From positions 6,822 to 70,821 of IMG/VR virus record IMGVR_UViG_3300017971_000034: 64,000 nucleotides of DNA; one strand, written 5' to 3'. This DNA comes from a virus. The notes under the pieces were generated by a model. It saw nothing but the letters and a program-made list of their open reading frames with translations, made no database searches and was not told the DNA's origin. Below, one piece after another: positions 19,015 through 29,075 of this stretch (position 1 is the first letter of the stretch; each line of letters opens with the position of its first letter). The translations under genes and the position numbers were made by a program.

Positions 19015-20667
19015 CTACTCCGGCAAGACCGTTCGCCACCTAGCCGACGTCCCGTCGTAGTACACCATAACCGCGCCCTCTTTTATTACGTTAACATCGG
19101 CCCCGCCAGGTCCCAGAAACCTGTTAGCCGCCACGCTAGAGGTATTCTCATAGCTGAGCGTAAACCGCTTCGACGTACTAATGTTCACCAAAAGCAGCAG
19201 ACGACCTGCCTCCTGCGCAGTCAGACCCGTTATTACCCTATCGGCAGCGCCCGGATCGATCCTAACGACCCGCGCCGTTGACAACCCTGTAGGACTGTAA
19301 TCGTTGACGTCACCGGTAAGCGCAGCCGGCGAGATAGCGGGGGTTGAAACTCCCTTGATCCACGTATCGAGGTACCCAGCGGTAGCGTCGCCCTTCGGGA
19401 TGGCGTTCGCGGCTCGTGTTGCGGTGGCCACTTCATCAGCACCACCGTTCTGGTGGCTCGACGCGTGCGACGCCGGGGTCTGCGGGTCGGCTAAGGTACC
19501 GGACAGCCCGGCCACGCTGATCTCGTCGGCCCCGCCGTTCTCGTGCTGCGAGGCGTGGGAGGCGACGCCGGAGGCCCACTGCATGGCCCCGGCCCCGTCG
19601 GCCTCCAGGAAGTTCCCCAGCGCCTGACCGGTGGAGTCCAGCCCCGTCGGGTCCAGAACGTCCGTTCCGCCGCCCTCGTGCTGCGGGGCGTGGTCGTCCA
19701 GCATAACGATGCTGGCGGGCGGCGTGGTCGTATTCTTCAACGTCTCGTGGTCGACGATGTAGGAACTTGCGGGGCCCGTCCAGCTGGTCAACTTACAGTT
19801 CCGCATACCGGGGCGGCTGGACGCGCTGACGGCCGAGACGGTAACGGCACCGAACACCGTATTCTCGGCGAAGTGTACGCTATACACCGTCACCGCGACA
19901 CCGAACGAACCGCGGATCCGCGACTCGAAGCGCAGCGTGGGAGCGTTCCAGGCCGCGAACGCGGAGCACCCGGTAAACTGACCGAAGATGGTGGCGGTGG
20001 AGCCGGTACCCGTCACCGTCCCCAGGATGGCGACGTTGTCCAGGACGAAGTCCTGGACCTGCCCGGCCCCCACGTCGGACAGAACCACGTTGCCCGTGAT
20101 CAGCAACGCCGCGTGGCCCTGAAAGACGGTGCCCGGGTTCTGCCCGGGGACGGCCTGCGCGGGGTCCACCGACCTCGTCAAGCCGCGGGGGGACCCGAAG
20201 TCCCCGAGGCGCCACGGCACCAGGCTCAGGAATACGAGCTGCACCCCCTTCGCGGGCAGCACGAGGTCCGAGCCTAAATAATTTCCGGGCCCCGAAATGA
20301 CTATCAGCCCGCCCGCGGTGGCCAGGTCGTCGATGGCGTCCTGCGGGTCCTGGAACGGGTGCTCCACCGACCCATTGCCGCCGGCCGCGGCGCTGATGTC
20401 GACGAACCGCGCGGTAGGCAGCGGATCAATCGTAGCCTCGTAGACCAGGGTCCAATGCGCGGGATTCGTCGGGTCGGTACCGGAAAAGTGCCAGATGTCC
20501 CCGGTGTCGCCCTGCAGGCAGAAGTCCCCCAGCTCGATCGGGCTCAGGGCTAGGCGGGCGGCCTGGTCGGCAGCCGGAAACATATCGTTCCTGGCGAGGA
20601 GGTCGGCCGGGCTCCCCGGTGCGAAACCGCCGACGTTCTGCGTGGTCGGGTACTCGTATACGCCCAC
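19015..20667 (-). CDS. Fibre/appendage protein
   Basis: GNGSVEHPFQDPQDAID beta-helix cap; three HAxxHxxGGxD repeats; fibre-like C-terminus. Confidence 0.7.
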   Translation of the reverse strand: MGVYEYPTTQNVGGFAPGSPADLLARNDMFPAADQAARLALSPIELGDFCLQGDTGDIWHFSGTDPTNPAHWTLVYEATIDPLPTARFVDISAAAGGNGSVEHPFQDPQDAIDDLATAGGLIVISGPGNYLGSDLVLPAKGVQLVFLSLVPWRLGDFGSPRGLTRSVDPAQAVPGQNPGTVFQGHAALLITGNVVLSDVGAGQVQDFVLDNVAILGTVTGTGSTATIFGQFTGCSAFAAWNAPTLRFESRIRGSFGVAVTVYSVHFAENTVFGAVTVSAVSASSRPGMRNCKLTSWTGPASSYIVDHETLKNTTTPPASIVMLDDHAPQHEGGGTDVLDPTGLDSTGQALGNFLEADGAGAMQWASGVASHASQHENGGADEISVAGLSGTLADPQTPASHASSHQNGGADEVATATRAANAIPKGDATAGYLDTWIKGVSTPAISPAALTGDVNDYSPTGLSTARVVRIDPGAADRVITGLTAQEAGRLLLLVNISTSKRFTLSYENTSSVAANRFLGPGGADVNVIKEGAVMVYYDGTSARWRTVLPE

Positions 20668-20668
20668 C

Positions 20669-20992
20669 TTACCACCCCTCGGCGAAGCTCTTCACGTACA
20701 CCTCGCCGGCCCCCGTGAAGACAAAGCGGTACGCCTTGAACCTCTCGTTGACCACCACAATGTCCCCGTCGGCGTGGGGGCCGCTCGTCGGTAACGGTTC
20801 CCACGTATCGGCCGGGCCGAGGGCCTCGATGGAGACGGTACCGGCACCCATCCCGTCGAACTGAAAGAAGTGCTTGGTGTAGACCGCCTCGAACTGGTAG
20901 CCGGCGAGGTGCTTGGTGAAGACGACGTAGCCGCCTACCGCGGTGTGGGGCCCGGACTCCTTCACCAACCAGTTATCGTTCTCTTCCGCCAT
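20669..20992 (-). CDS. Hypothetical structural protein
   Basis: Adjacent to the fibre gene; beta-rich. Confidence 0.55.
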   Translation of the reverse strand: MAEENDNWLVKESGPHTAVGGYVVFTKHLAGYQFEAVYTKHFFQFDGMGAGTVSIEALGPADTWEPLPTSGPHADGDIVVVNERFKAYRFVFTGAGEVYVKSFAEGW

Positions 20993-21027
20993 GCGCGTTC
21001 CGTCCCCTCGTTACACTAGCTGCCGGA

Positions 21028-21056
21028 AGCGTAACCCGGGAACCGCCCGGGCACAA
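21028..21056 (-). promoter_or_regulatory. Candidate promoter
   Basis: TTGTGC-N17-TACGCT, intergenic after terL. Confidence 0.4.
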
Positions 21057-21067
21057 GATAGATATAC

Positions 21068-22786
21068 CTATACCCCGTCCATCCCCAGCTCGTCCAGCAA
21101 GCCTCCCCACAGACGCTCCCTCTGTACGGCCCGGAGGTCGTCCTGGGACCGCGGACCGGCTTCCACAGGAACCTCCGCGAAAACCGGTTCGGCCGGCCCC
21201 GCGATCTCCACCCGATGACCGCGGAACGAGTATCCCCTGGCCCCGTCCCACGCGAACCAGCTGGACATGAGGCGGTCCCCGGTGTGCCCCGCCGGATCGT
21301 AGTACAGCATCTCCAGTATCCAGGCCTCCACCTCCGGGTGGGACCTGAGAACGGGGCGGCCCCTCTCATCCGTCGCGGGGGAACCGTCCGGGCGCAGCAC
21401 CGGGAGGCTAGCCATTACGAACTTACCCTGCGCCATGGTAGCCGATACGCCCTCTATACCGAACTGCGGGTGGTGCTTCTTGGAGGACGTTTCGAACGGC
21501 TCCACCTCGATGTGCTTCCCGGTAAACAGCTCACTGAGCTCCTCCCCCAAATCCCTAACGTGCTCCTGGGCGGCGTTGGACTCGACCCGGATCTTGGAAC
21601 CGTACCGGTCGCGGGAGGCGTAGATCCTCTTGAGGATGGGAAGGGCTTTCCACTTCCCCGTCTCTATGCACAGAACCAGCAGGTCGTTCGGCTCGAAGTC
21701 CACTCCCCAAGCGCGCGTCGCTACCGAAAACTTCAACATGTGGAAGAAGGAGGTAAGGTTACTCTTCTTGGTCCTCTTCACACCCAGGTCCACGGCCGTG
21801 AACGCGGCGGCCCCCAACGGACACGGGTTACTGTCGTCGAACGCCAACAGCTGCAATCCGCGATCGCCCCACAGTCCCAGACCCCGCTCCCTACAGCGGT
21901 AGATGTCGTCCTCCGAGAACCGGCTGTCGCTCTCCGACCGAGCGCGGCACCTGAGCTGGCGCTCGGCCTCCACCGAGCCCGCCCCACCTAGCTCGTCCTC
22001 CTTCCTGCTGATACGCCTATTGGACCACTGTTCCGGCCACCGGGGGGTACCGTCCGGGTAATCCACCGTGAACGTACGCGCGTACCACCCGGGGCGCTTC
22101 GCGAGCTCGTGCATCGCGTCCTCGGGGTGCCACGCGTTACCCAGGAACCAGATCCACGCGTCTTGCGTCATGCGCCCGAGCAGTACCGACTCGATCTGGT
22201 GGAGCACCTGCTTCCGCATGTACGCGCTGAGCGTGTTGTCGATCGTCAGAATGTCGTCGAGGATAAGCCCGTCGATCCTGTTCCCCAACACGTTCGCGAT
22301 GCCCTTGACACCGGCTACCTGCAGCGAGTAGTCGCGACCGGGCGGGTCCTCAGACCCCTCTTCGCACACCCGGATCGCCTGCCCGGTCCACGGCTCCCCC
22401 GGGCGGATCCGCGGGAACACGCGCCGGTACTCCTCGGAGTGCTCTATGTACCACTTGACGGACCGGACCACCTTCTTCGCGTTAAAGGCGGTATTCTGGA
22501 TGACAACGAGGCGTTTTCGAAAGTCGTTCCCGAGCTCGAACAGGGGACGCGCTACCGACACCTGCTGGGTCTTACCCATCTCAACGTGTCCCCAGACCAC
22601 GGCCCGGTCGTGGTTGTTCAGGAAATTCTGCAACCGACAGTGATAAGGGGCCTGCTGAATCCGCTTCCCCGTCCGCTCGTGCCGCAGCACGAACGGCACG
22701 AATACGTTGATGTCCTCGGACGCCAAGCGGGACCGCGCCGAGCGTACACGCTTGGCTTTCGCGATCAGTACCTCGTCCTTCACCAC
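21068..22786 (-). CDS. terL: Terminase large subunit
   Basis: Walker A-like VEMGKT, Walker B LILDD, GNAWHPED, nuclease AVDLG, VESNAAQ, HTGDRLMSSW. Confidence 0.92.
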   Translation of the reverse strand: MVKDEVLIAKAKRVRSARSRLASEDINVFVPFVLRHERTGKRIQQAPYHCRLQNFLNNHDRAVVWGHVEMGKTQQVSVARPLFELGNDFRKRLVVIQNTAFNAKKVVRSVKWYIEHSEEYRRVFPRIRPGEPWTGQAIRVCEEGSEDPPGRDYSLQVAGVKGIANVLGNRIDGLILDDILTIDNTLSAYMRKQVLHQIESVLLGRMTQDAWIWFLGNAWHPEDAMHELAKRPGWYARTFTVDYPDGTPRWPEQWSNRRISRKEDELGGAGSVEAERQLRCRARSESDSRFSEDDIYRCRERGLGLWGDRGLQLLAFDDSNPCPLGAAAFTAVDLGVKRTKKSNLTSFFHMLKFSVATRAWGVDFEPNDLLVLCIETGKWKALPILKRIYASRDRYGSKIRVESNAAQEHVRDLGEELSELFTGKHIEVEPFETSSKKHHPQFGIEGVSATMAQGKFVMASLPVLRPDGSPATDERGRPVLRSHPEVEAWILEMLYYDPAGHTGDRLMSSWFAWDGARGYSFRGHRVEIAGPAEPVFAEVPVEAGPRSQDDLRAVQRERLWGGLLDELGMDGV

Positions 22787-23193
22787 ACGACCTTCACCTT
22801 GTCCGGGTCCGTTACCCTACCCAACTCATCCATGCCCGGTTGGGGTTCTGACCGGGCCCCGGCTATCTTAAGTGGAACATCGTCCGTAGGGGCCGCGTCA
22901 CCAGAACTGGGGACCTCGGTTGACGACTCCGGAGAGGGAGAGAAGGCGTCGAACATGTTTGGAACCAGCTCGTACAGGGAGTATAGCAGGGACCAGGCCA
23001 GCTCCCAGTGGAGCGGCCGACAGTTGGTTACCGCCCACACGACCTCCTTCAGCTTGTCCACCGTCAGGGCTCCCAACTCGCCGCCGCCCTCCGGCGGCCA
23101 CTCCCCGTGCTCGCTTATGTACTTAGCCCGGGCCCCCAACTCCTCCACGAACCGGGAACGGACCCGCGCAACGCCCTTATCGAACCCCACCAT
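22780..23193 (-). CDS. Hypothetical protein
   Basis: Overlaps both neighbours. Confidence 0.55.
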   Translation of the reverse strand: MVGFDKGVARVRSRFVEELGARAKYISEHGEWPPEGGGELGALTVDKLKEVVWAVTNCRPLHWELAWSLLYSLYELVPNMFDAFSPSPESSTEVPSSGDAAPTDDVPLKIAGARSEPQPGMDELGRVTDPDKVKVVW

Positions 23194-23938
23194 CGCACTC
23201 CTCGCAGTCTTCGTTTACCGGTACCCCGTGGGCGCACAGCACCTTCACCATCTTAACGTCCGCCAGGGCGGCCTCTATCTCCTCCCTGGCCTCCTCAACG
23301 GTCATATCCACCGTTCCCACCACCACCTCGGGACGCCCCATCCGCAACCTCTCCAGGCGCATCGTTAGGTCGGCCAACCCGCCGGCCTCCCTAACCAGCT
23401 TGGTTATCCTCTCCAGGTAGGACATCAGGGACTTTATAGACATGTTTCCAGACTCGGTCTCCAGGCGGGTTACCAACAGGTCCATCAACCTATCGGTTCT
23501 CTCCTCCAACCCCTCCAGGCGGCGCATGAAGGACAGTACCTGGTCGCGCATGAAGGCCACCATGCGCCCTTCCTCGACCCTCACCCGCAGGGCGTTGCGG
23601 CGGGCTTGGTCTGCCATGTCCGCTACGTCCAAAAACAGACAGCTTACCGGGTCGTCCGGGTCGGTAAGGGCGCGGGCCTGGGCCTTCTCCATCTCCAGGC
23701 GGTCCTTGATGGGGATGGCCCACTCCTGCCCGCCGCGGTCGGCCCACCCGCGCAGGTACATATCCCTAACGGAGCGGGCATCCGCACCCACCCTCCTGGC
23801 AACCGCCGAGTGCATGCCGGGACCCTCGCACTCCCGGTACGCGTTCAGTACCTTCTCGTACCAGGTACGCGTCCACCGCAACACCCCGTTAGGGGGGGTA
23901 CCGGGTTCCAACGGCGACTTCCTTCCTGCTACCGGCAC
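23177..23938 (-). CDS. Putative terminase small subunit
   Basis: N-terminal HTH (HSAVARRVGADARSV) plus helices; upstream of terL. Confidence 0.5.
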   Translation of the reverse strand: MPVAGRKSPLEPGTPPNGVLRWTRTWYEKVLNAYRECEGPGMHSAVARRVGADARSVRDMYLRGWADRGGQEWAIPIKDRLEMEKAQARALTDPDDPVSCLFLDVADMADQARRNALRVRVEEGRMVAFMRDQVLSFMRRLEGLEERTDRLMDLLVTRLETESGNMSIKSLMSYLERITKLVREAGGLADLTMRLERLRMGRPEVVVGTVDMTVEEAREEIEAALADVKMVKVLCAHGVPVNEDCEECDGGVR

Positions 23939-23940
23939 AG

Positions 23941-25542
23941 CTACCTCCTCACCCTTAAGGTACCGTCCCCGGCCTCCACGCGCAAGGAACCTACCCCGAA
24001 ACGGTAGTCGTCGTGGGTTATCAGGACTACCGCCCGGTCCCTCGCCTGTTCCTCCATAACCTCGAGGGCGGCCCCCTTACCGACCGAGTCCAGGGAGTCG
24101 AACACCTCGTCGTAGAACAGGGTACCCTTACCCCGGCCGGTGGCCCCGGCCGCCACGTCCGACTGGGCGCACAGCAGGGCCGCGTCTACCCGGCTACGCT
24201 GTCCGCGGGAGGCGGCCCGGTACGGCCTCCCGTTAACCCCCAGGTAGATCTCCTCCCGGACGGACCCCCGGGACCCGTGCGTGCGCTGGGACAGGGAGAT
24301 ACTCAGGGAGGAACCGCCCCCGGCCGGGAGCCTGGCCAACCAAGAGTTGGCGGCCTCCTCCAGGGCCCCCAACACCGACCCCACCAACGAGGCCCTGGCA
24401 CCCCTCAAGCCCAGTACCTCCTCGGAGACCCCCAGCTCGGCCAGCTCACACTCCAGAGCGGACAGGTCCTCCCGCAACCCGCCAACCTCCCCCTCAAGCT
24501 GGGACATCTCCCCCAGTATCGCGTCCCTCCTGGACGCTGCCTCGAGGCGGGACCGCAGCCTAACCACGTACCGTTCCAGGTCGAGGGACGAAACCGCCAA
24601 CTCGGCCAACTCACCCTCCAGAGCGCCCACCAACCTTCGCAACCTACCTACTTCCCCCCTGGCCCCGCACAACGCCGCCTCGACGTTTATAACCCCGCGC
24701 TCCACCTCCGGAACGGCGGCGGCTACAAACCCTGAGTTCATCTCCTGTCCGCAGCGCGGACACCTATCCTCGTTCAACAACCGAAGCTTCTCATTAAGCG
24801 CCCCGAGGCGGGCCGCATCCTCGGTCGCCCTAACAGACCACTTGGCCTCCTCACGCCGTACCTTACCCAACCTAGAGCGCAGGTCGGCTTCGTCCAACGA
24901 AACCTGCTCCCGCAGCTCTAGGGACTCATCCAGCTCCCGACGCAGCCCCGCTACGTCTTCACCGCCGAACCCCTCCACGAAGGCGAGCTTCTCCTTGTTG
25001 GAGACCGCCAACTCGGCCAAGCGTAGCTGGAGACGGGAACGCTTCCTCACAGCGGCGGAGAGGTCCGCCCGACACCTCTCCAAACCAAGGTCGAACCGGT
25101 CTACCCCCAGAAGGGACTCCAGAAAACGCTTCCTGCCGGCATCGGTGGCCCCGGTAAACCTTACCTTGCCGAGGTCGGAACTGAACACGTGGGTACGGGA
25201 CCACACGTCCAGCCCCCCAAGGTAGGACTCCACCACCGCGGTTCCCTTGGTAGGCGTGTAACTTGACATCCCCCCATCCACACAGACCCGTAACTTGGGC
25301 GGGTTCTTAACCCTCGCGATACCGATCCCGTCGGCCCCTAAGGTAGCTATGCAACCGGAACCGGAAGCCGGGTCGGTACCCCGCAAGGTCTTACCCCAAG
25401 CGGCCCAAGCTACGGCCTCTACGATGCTGGACTTTCCGGACCCGTTATCCCCGGTAACCACCACCAAACCGTTATCGGGAAACTCCAGCTCCATCCGGCG
25501 GTAGGCCATGAAGCGGGAGGCGGATACCTTAAGAATTTTCAT
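23941..25542 (-). CDS. sbcC: SbcC/Rad50-like ATPase
   Basis: GDNGSGKS, CPRC zinc hook, SRGQ signature, FYDEVFDSLD, LITH. Confidence 0.92.
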   Translation of the reverse strand: MKILKVSASRFMAYRRMELEFPDNGLVVVTGDNGSGKSSIVEAVAWAAWGKTLRGTDPASGSGCIATLGADGIGIARVKNPPKLRVCVDGGMSSYTPTKGTAVVESYLGGLDVWSRTHVFSSDLGKVRFTGATDAGRKRFLESLLGVDRFDLGLERCRADLSAAVRKRSRLQLRLAELAVSNKEKLAFVEGFGGEDVAGLRRELDESLELREQVSLDEADLRSRLGKVRREEAKWSVRATEDAARLGALNEKLRLLNEDRCPRCGQEMNSGFVAAAVPEVERGVINVEAALCGARGEVGRLRRLVGALEGELAELAVSSLDLERYVVRLRSRLEAASRRDAILGEMSQLEGEVGGLREDLSALECELAELGVSEEVLGLRGARASLVGSVLGALEEAANSWLARLPAGGGSSLSISLSQRTHGSRGSVREEIYLGVNGRPYRAASRGQRSRVDAALLCAQSDVAAGATGRGKGTLFYDEVFDSLDSVGKGAALEVMEEQARDRAVVLITHDDYRFGVGSLRVEAGDGTLRVRR

Positions 25543-25765
25543 GCTTACCCTCCCAGGGAGATACCCCCACCACGGCGGTGGATAGCGACACCCTGGGAAC
25601 GCCGGAATCGCTGAGGGCCTCGGCGTAAAACTCCCTGTACTGAACCCGCTTGCGGACCCCCAGCAAGGATACGGCGTCCCCGACACCCTCAACGTCGGTT
25701 AGACCGCTAGCGGTCCTAATAGCCACCTTATTACCGAACTCGTCCACGTACACGACGCGCATCAC
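25529..25765 (-). CDS. Hypothetical protein
   Basis: Between sbcD and sbcC, overlapping both. Confidence 0.5.
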   Translation of the reverse strand: MMRVVYVDEFGNKVAIRTASGLTDVEGVGDAVSLLGVRKRVQYREFYAEALSDSGVPRVSLSTAVVGVSPWEGKHENS

Positions 25766-26829
25766 GACATATACCCCCTAACCCTGCTCAGAACGGAGTC
25801 CCTGTCGACGCCCCCCGGCAGGTCCATACTGTCCACGAAGGAGACCACCAACTCGTCCACGGAGGCACCAGCAACCGCCCCGCTACACCTAGCCCGGTCC
25901 GACCCGACCGGCTGTACCCACACCAGCGGGTCGTCCTCGAACTCTACAACATCCGTGTCGGGTTCCTCGCTCAACAGCCTTACCCGGGCCCCCGGCTCCT
26001 TACGAAGCTCTAACGCCATGTCCGTCAGAGGGGTAGTATAAAACCTAGGCCCCGGAACCACCACCCGCCTAACCGAACCCCCGTCCCACAGGAGCACGGT
26101 ACCGTAACTCTCGTCACCGCCCGGGTTGCGCCAACCGACCGGACACAGCGCCCCGACCTGGAATACCTCAACGTTGGGGGAGGGTGAGGCGTACGACCAC
26201 CTGGTGAACGCGTGCCAATGTCCGCTGAAGGCGAACCGAACGTTCAACTTATCCAATAGCTTCAGCAAACCTAAGGCTTCCAGGGCACCGCCATCGCGGC
26301 GCAGGTAAGGAGGGGTGCTGTCATCGTATATGCCCTGATGCATGCCTACCGCCCCGAAGTATCCCCGGTCCCACACGGCATCGGACACGCAGTCCCCCAA
26401 CTTCTCCAATGTCATCCCGGAATCGTACGGCAGGAGCAGGACCGACGCAGGGTGCGAACCGACCACCGTAGGCTCGTCGCAGACGGCACCGAAGCAGCAA
26501 CCGTCCGGCACCGGCACCGCCAGGGGGCCGAGGGAATGGTCCCCGGGTTGGTCGGACCGGGCCTCGTGGTTCCCAAGCAGAAAGTATACCGGGCAACCGG
26601 CCTCCCCCATCGCGTCCTGGACCCCGCGGATCAATTGTGGTTCCGGGTGCGGCGAGTCGAACGTATCACCAAGCAGAACGAACGCCGACGCACCGTCATC
26701 GCACGCTGCGCGAAAAGCACCCCTCAACGCCTCTAGGGTCATCCTACCGCGGGAGTTTATGCCGGAGACGAGCGGTCCACCGACCACCCTGTGGTTGGCC
26801 ACGTGGACGTCGGCCGCGAGGGCTATCAC
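25762..26829 (-). CDS. sbcD: SbcD/Mre11-like metallophosphoesterase nuclease
   Basis: ADVH, LGDTFD, GNHE, HQG, SGHWH. Confidence 0.92.
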   Translation of the reverse strand: MIALAADVHVANHRVVGGPLVSGINSRGRMTLEALRGAFRAACDDGASAFVLLGDTFDSPHPEPQLIRGVQDAMGEAGCPVYFLLGNHEARSDQPGDHSLGPLAVPVPDGCCFGAVCDEPTVVGSHPASVLLLPYDSGMTLEKLGDCVSDAVWDRGYFGAVGMHQGIYDDSTPPYLRRDGGALEALGLLKLLDKLNVRFAFSGHWHAFTRWSYASPSPNVEVFQVGALCPVGWRNPGGDESYGTVLLWDGGSVRRVVVPGPRFYTTPLTDMALELRKEPGARVRLLSEEPDTDVVEFEDDPLVWVQPVGSDRARCSGAVAGASVDELVVSFVDSMDLPGGVDRDSVLSRVRGYMS

Positions 26830-27491
26830 GCGGCACCCCCGGCCAGGCACTCCGGGCGGAGGGGACAGGGAACACAGTCCATGGACCCGGGACGGCAGAG
26901 CACGGCCCCTATGTCCAGCAGCCCGCACACGGCCCGGTAACATGGGGGAGGCTCCTCGGGCAGTCCCCGATTACGGACGGTAACGTCGGGGGTCGCCCCT
27001 AGGGCGGCCAATGCCGACATACCGTGCCCACCTAGAGAAGGTTCGTACCTACCGGCAATCCTCCGCAGGTTGACGTCGGACGGCGCGGCCAGGTAACCGT
27101 AGCGCAGGGCCGCCATAGCGGCCGTATACGATACGCCAGCGCGGTACAGCAGGCCCGCGGGTGCAGAACCGGACACCGATACCTCCATCGCCAGCGTCGT
27201 TATGTCGCGGTCCTTCTGGGTCCCCAACCCCAGACGGCGGCACCTGTTTACCCGCTCCGCAGAGGGCAGCGATAGCCAACCGGAGGCCGTACGGACACCC
27301 TCGAAGAGGTCCCAGAAAACGGACGCTACGTTCTCGGCCCTGGTCCGTGGCAGCGCACCCTCTACCAGGACCTGCAATTCCGGCGGACACCCCGGCTCAC
27401 GCCACGGTAGGCCGCGGTCCAACCAGTGTTCGTCCGCCCACGCCAACAGCGCCTCCGAGTCCACCACCCTACCGCTCCTTACGCTCGGCAC
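26826..27491 (-). CDS. Compact MutY-like HhH-GPD glycosylase with Fe-S motif
   Basis: LPWRE, VE..L.RT, DVNLRRI, LLDIGAVLC-x6-C-x2-C-x5-C. Confidence 0.8.
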   Translation of the reverse strand: MPSVRSGRVVDSEALLAWADEHWLDRGLPWREPGCPPELQVLVEGALPRTRAENVASVFWDLFEGVRTASGWLSLPSAERVNRCRRLGLGTQKDRDITTLAMEVSVSGSAPAGLLYRAGVSYTAAMAALRYGYLAAPSDVNLRRIAGRYEPSLGGHGMSALAALGATPDVTVRNRGLPEEPPPCYRAVCGLLDIGAVLCRPGSMDCVPCPLRPECLAGGAA

Positions 27492-27766
27492 GGAAGTACC
27501 GCCGCCGCATCCTGACTACCACCCTGTCCCAGGCCTAGGGCGGCCCCGACGTGGTAAACCGGCCGGTTGCGCAGCTCCAAGACCGCCCTGGTGGCCCAAT
27601 CTATTACCTTCTCAGGATTTTCACTGGTTGGAACGGGGCCGCACAAAATACCATCCGGAATAACCCCCAGGAGCTCATCACACTCGCACCGCACCTCGTA
27701 CCACCTACGCTCTAGCTCTGTAAGCGTCCGCTCCAACTGTAGGAACTTATCCACTAGAAAGAACAC
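27479..27766 (-). CDS. Hypothetical protein
   Basis: Operon packing. Confidence 0.45.
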   Translation of the reverse strand: MFFLVDKFLQLERTLTELERRWYEVRCECDELLGVIPDGILCGPVPTSENPEKVIDWATRAVLELRNRPVYHVGAALGLGQGGSQDAAAVLPCRA

Positions 27767-27926
27767 GTCCTTCGTCCTCCCGGCGGCACGGACATACCGG
27801 CCGCCCCCTAACCCACCTGTTGACGACCCTGTCGCACCGCAAGCAACGGCACTCGGTAGGCGTTACCAAGAATTCGTCGTCGCGCGGTGGAGAAACCACG
27901 CCAAAGCTACTCGTTACGGTTGCCAC
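27747..27926 (-). CDS. Small Cys-rich protein (59 aa, not in ORF track)
   Basis: AAGGAG RBS; MATVTSS...CRCLRC...CPC. Confidence 0.45.
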   Translation of the reverse strand: MATVTSSFGVVSPPRDDEFLVTPTECRCLRCDRVVNRWVRGRPVCPCRREDEGRVLSSG

Positions 27927-27946
27927 CCTCTAAATCTCCTTGCTAT
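27908..27946 (-). repeat. About 38-bp repeat copy 1 (RBS plus first codons)
   Basis: TAGCAAGGAGATTTAG..TGGCAACCGTAACGAGTA, also at 30761-30796. Confidence 0.8.
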
Positions 27947-28396
27947 CCTACAAGCAACTCGTCTGCCTCGGCCTCAAGGGCCTCAGTCCAGTCGACCTCA
28001 GTCCAGGGCACAAAAGCCTCTTCGATTCCGAGGAACACCGGTCTCCGAGGTACCTGGCCAGGTACGTGACTTGTGGGCAGGGCCCAGTCGTCATGGCTCC
28101 ACCGCTCAACTTGACAACGAGGGAAACGAAGGCCTCGGGCTCGTAAGCCACGACCCGGACAGAGTTCAAGTAGCCTTCGCTCTCCACCCTAGCTAGCGGA
28201 CGCGATACCGCATTCCGCGGTCCGTCATGACCGTGTTCTTTCGGAGCTCGCGTTCCACCTCGGCTCGGTCCTTTCGACCGGCAGCCAATAGCTCGTCGAC
28301 TTCCTTCGACGAGAGCTTTTGAGCACCCAGTTGAGGTTTGGAACGCTCTTTTCGCTGCTCGGTATCGTCGTGCGCCACGCCCCACCTCTTGCAATC

Positions 28397-28688
28397 CCGG
28401 ACGATGTTGATCGTCTCGTTGTAGACACCGGGACCGATAAGGACGACGTAGGGCTCGGTCGGGCCCGACGTGGCGGGAATGCAATCGAGAGCCGCCTGCA
28501 CCGTCGTGTGTTGTGCCCCGGCTCCCGTGGCGCTTACGGTGAGAAGACCTCCCAAGTTGAGACCCGCCAAGGCCTTGAGAGTGATCGAGGAACTCGAGAG
28601 ACCCATCCGCCGCCGCCCGGATAAGACGAGTCCCGGTCGAGCCGGGCTCGATCTGAACCTGATCAACAAGGAGTGGGTCTTGAACCAC
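28397..28688 (-). pseudogene. Frameshifted N-terminal fragment of a fibre/pectinesterase-like virion protein
   Basis: AGGAGG RBS; MVQDPLLVDQVQIEPG..LEFLD continues in another frame as ITLKALAGL..HTTVQAALD..VLIGPGVYNE, then breaks off. Confidence 0.55.
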
Positions 28689-28712
28689 GAGCTACCTCCT
28701 AGCGGTTCCCTT

Positions 28713-29075
28713 TCACGAGAGAAGACGATTGGAAGCTGACCGGGAACCGCTCTCTCCGCCCGCAGGATCGGAAGCTGACCGGGAACCGCTCTCTCCGCCC
28801 GCAGCCACACCGGCTTTCCACTCCTCGTGCATGACACGACCCATGCCGTACTTCTCGGCCAAGAGGAGAAATGCTCGGAAGAGTTTCTGGTAGAAGCGAT
28901 TCCCACGCTGGCCGTAAGCCCAGCCGGTGTCATAGGCCGCCATTTCGAGCTTGTCTTTGAAGTTGGTAGCCTCCAACTCAGGATTGGATCGAACCCACTC
29001 CTCCGCTCGAGCGTACCAGTTCTCGTCGGGGGTGAATCCTCGGGGGATCTCGTACCATTTCCTAACTACCCACAT
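28713..29075 (-). CDS. Hypothetical protein
   Basis: AGGAG RBS; overlaps the recA end. Confidence 0.5.
   Translation of the reverse strand: MWVVRKWYEIPRGFTPDENWYARAEEWVRSNPELEATNFKDKLEMAAYDTGWAYGQRGNRFYQKLFRAFLLLAEKYGMGRVMHEEWKAGVAAGGESGSRSASDPAGGESGSRSASNRLLS
28731..28804. repeat. 39-bp-period tandem duplication
   Basis: ggaagctgaccgggaaccgctctctccgcccgcag occurs twice. Confidence 0.9.

Noticed and set aside
27747-27755. DnaA box TTATCCACT
   Set aside because: Single 8/9 match inside coding sequence, not clustered.
28731-28804. CRISPR mini-array
   Set aside because: Two adjacent copies separated by 4 nt, with no spacer and no cas genes; a simple tandem duplication.
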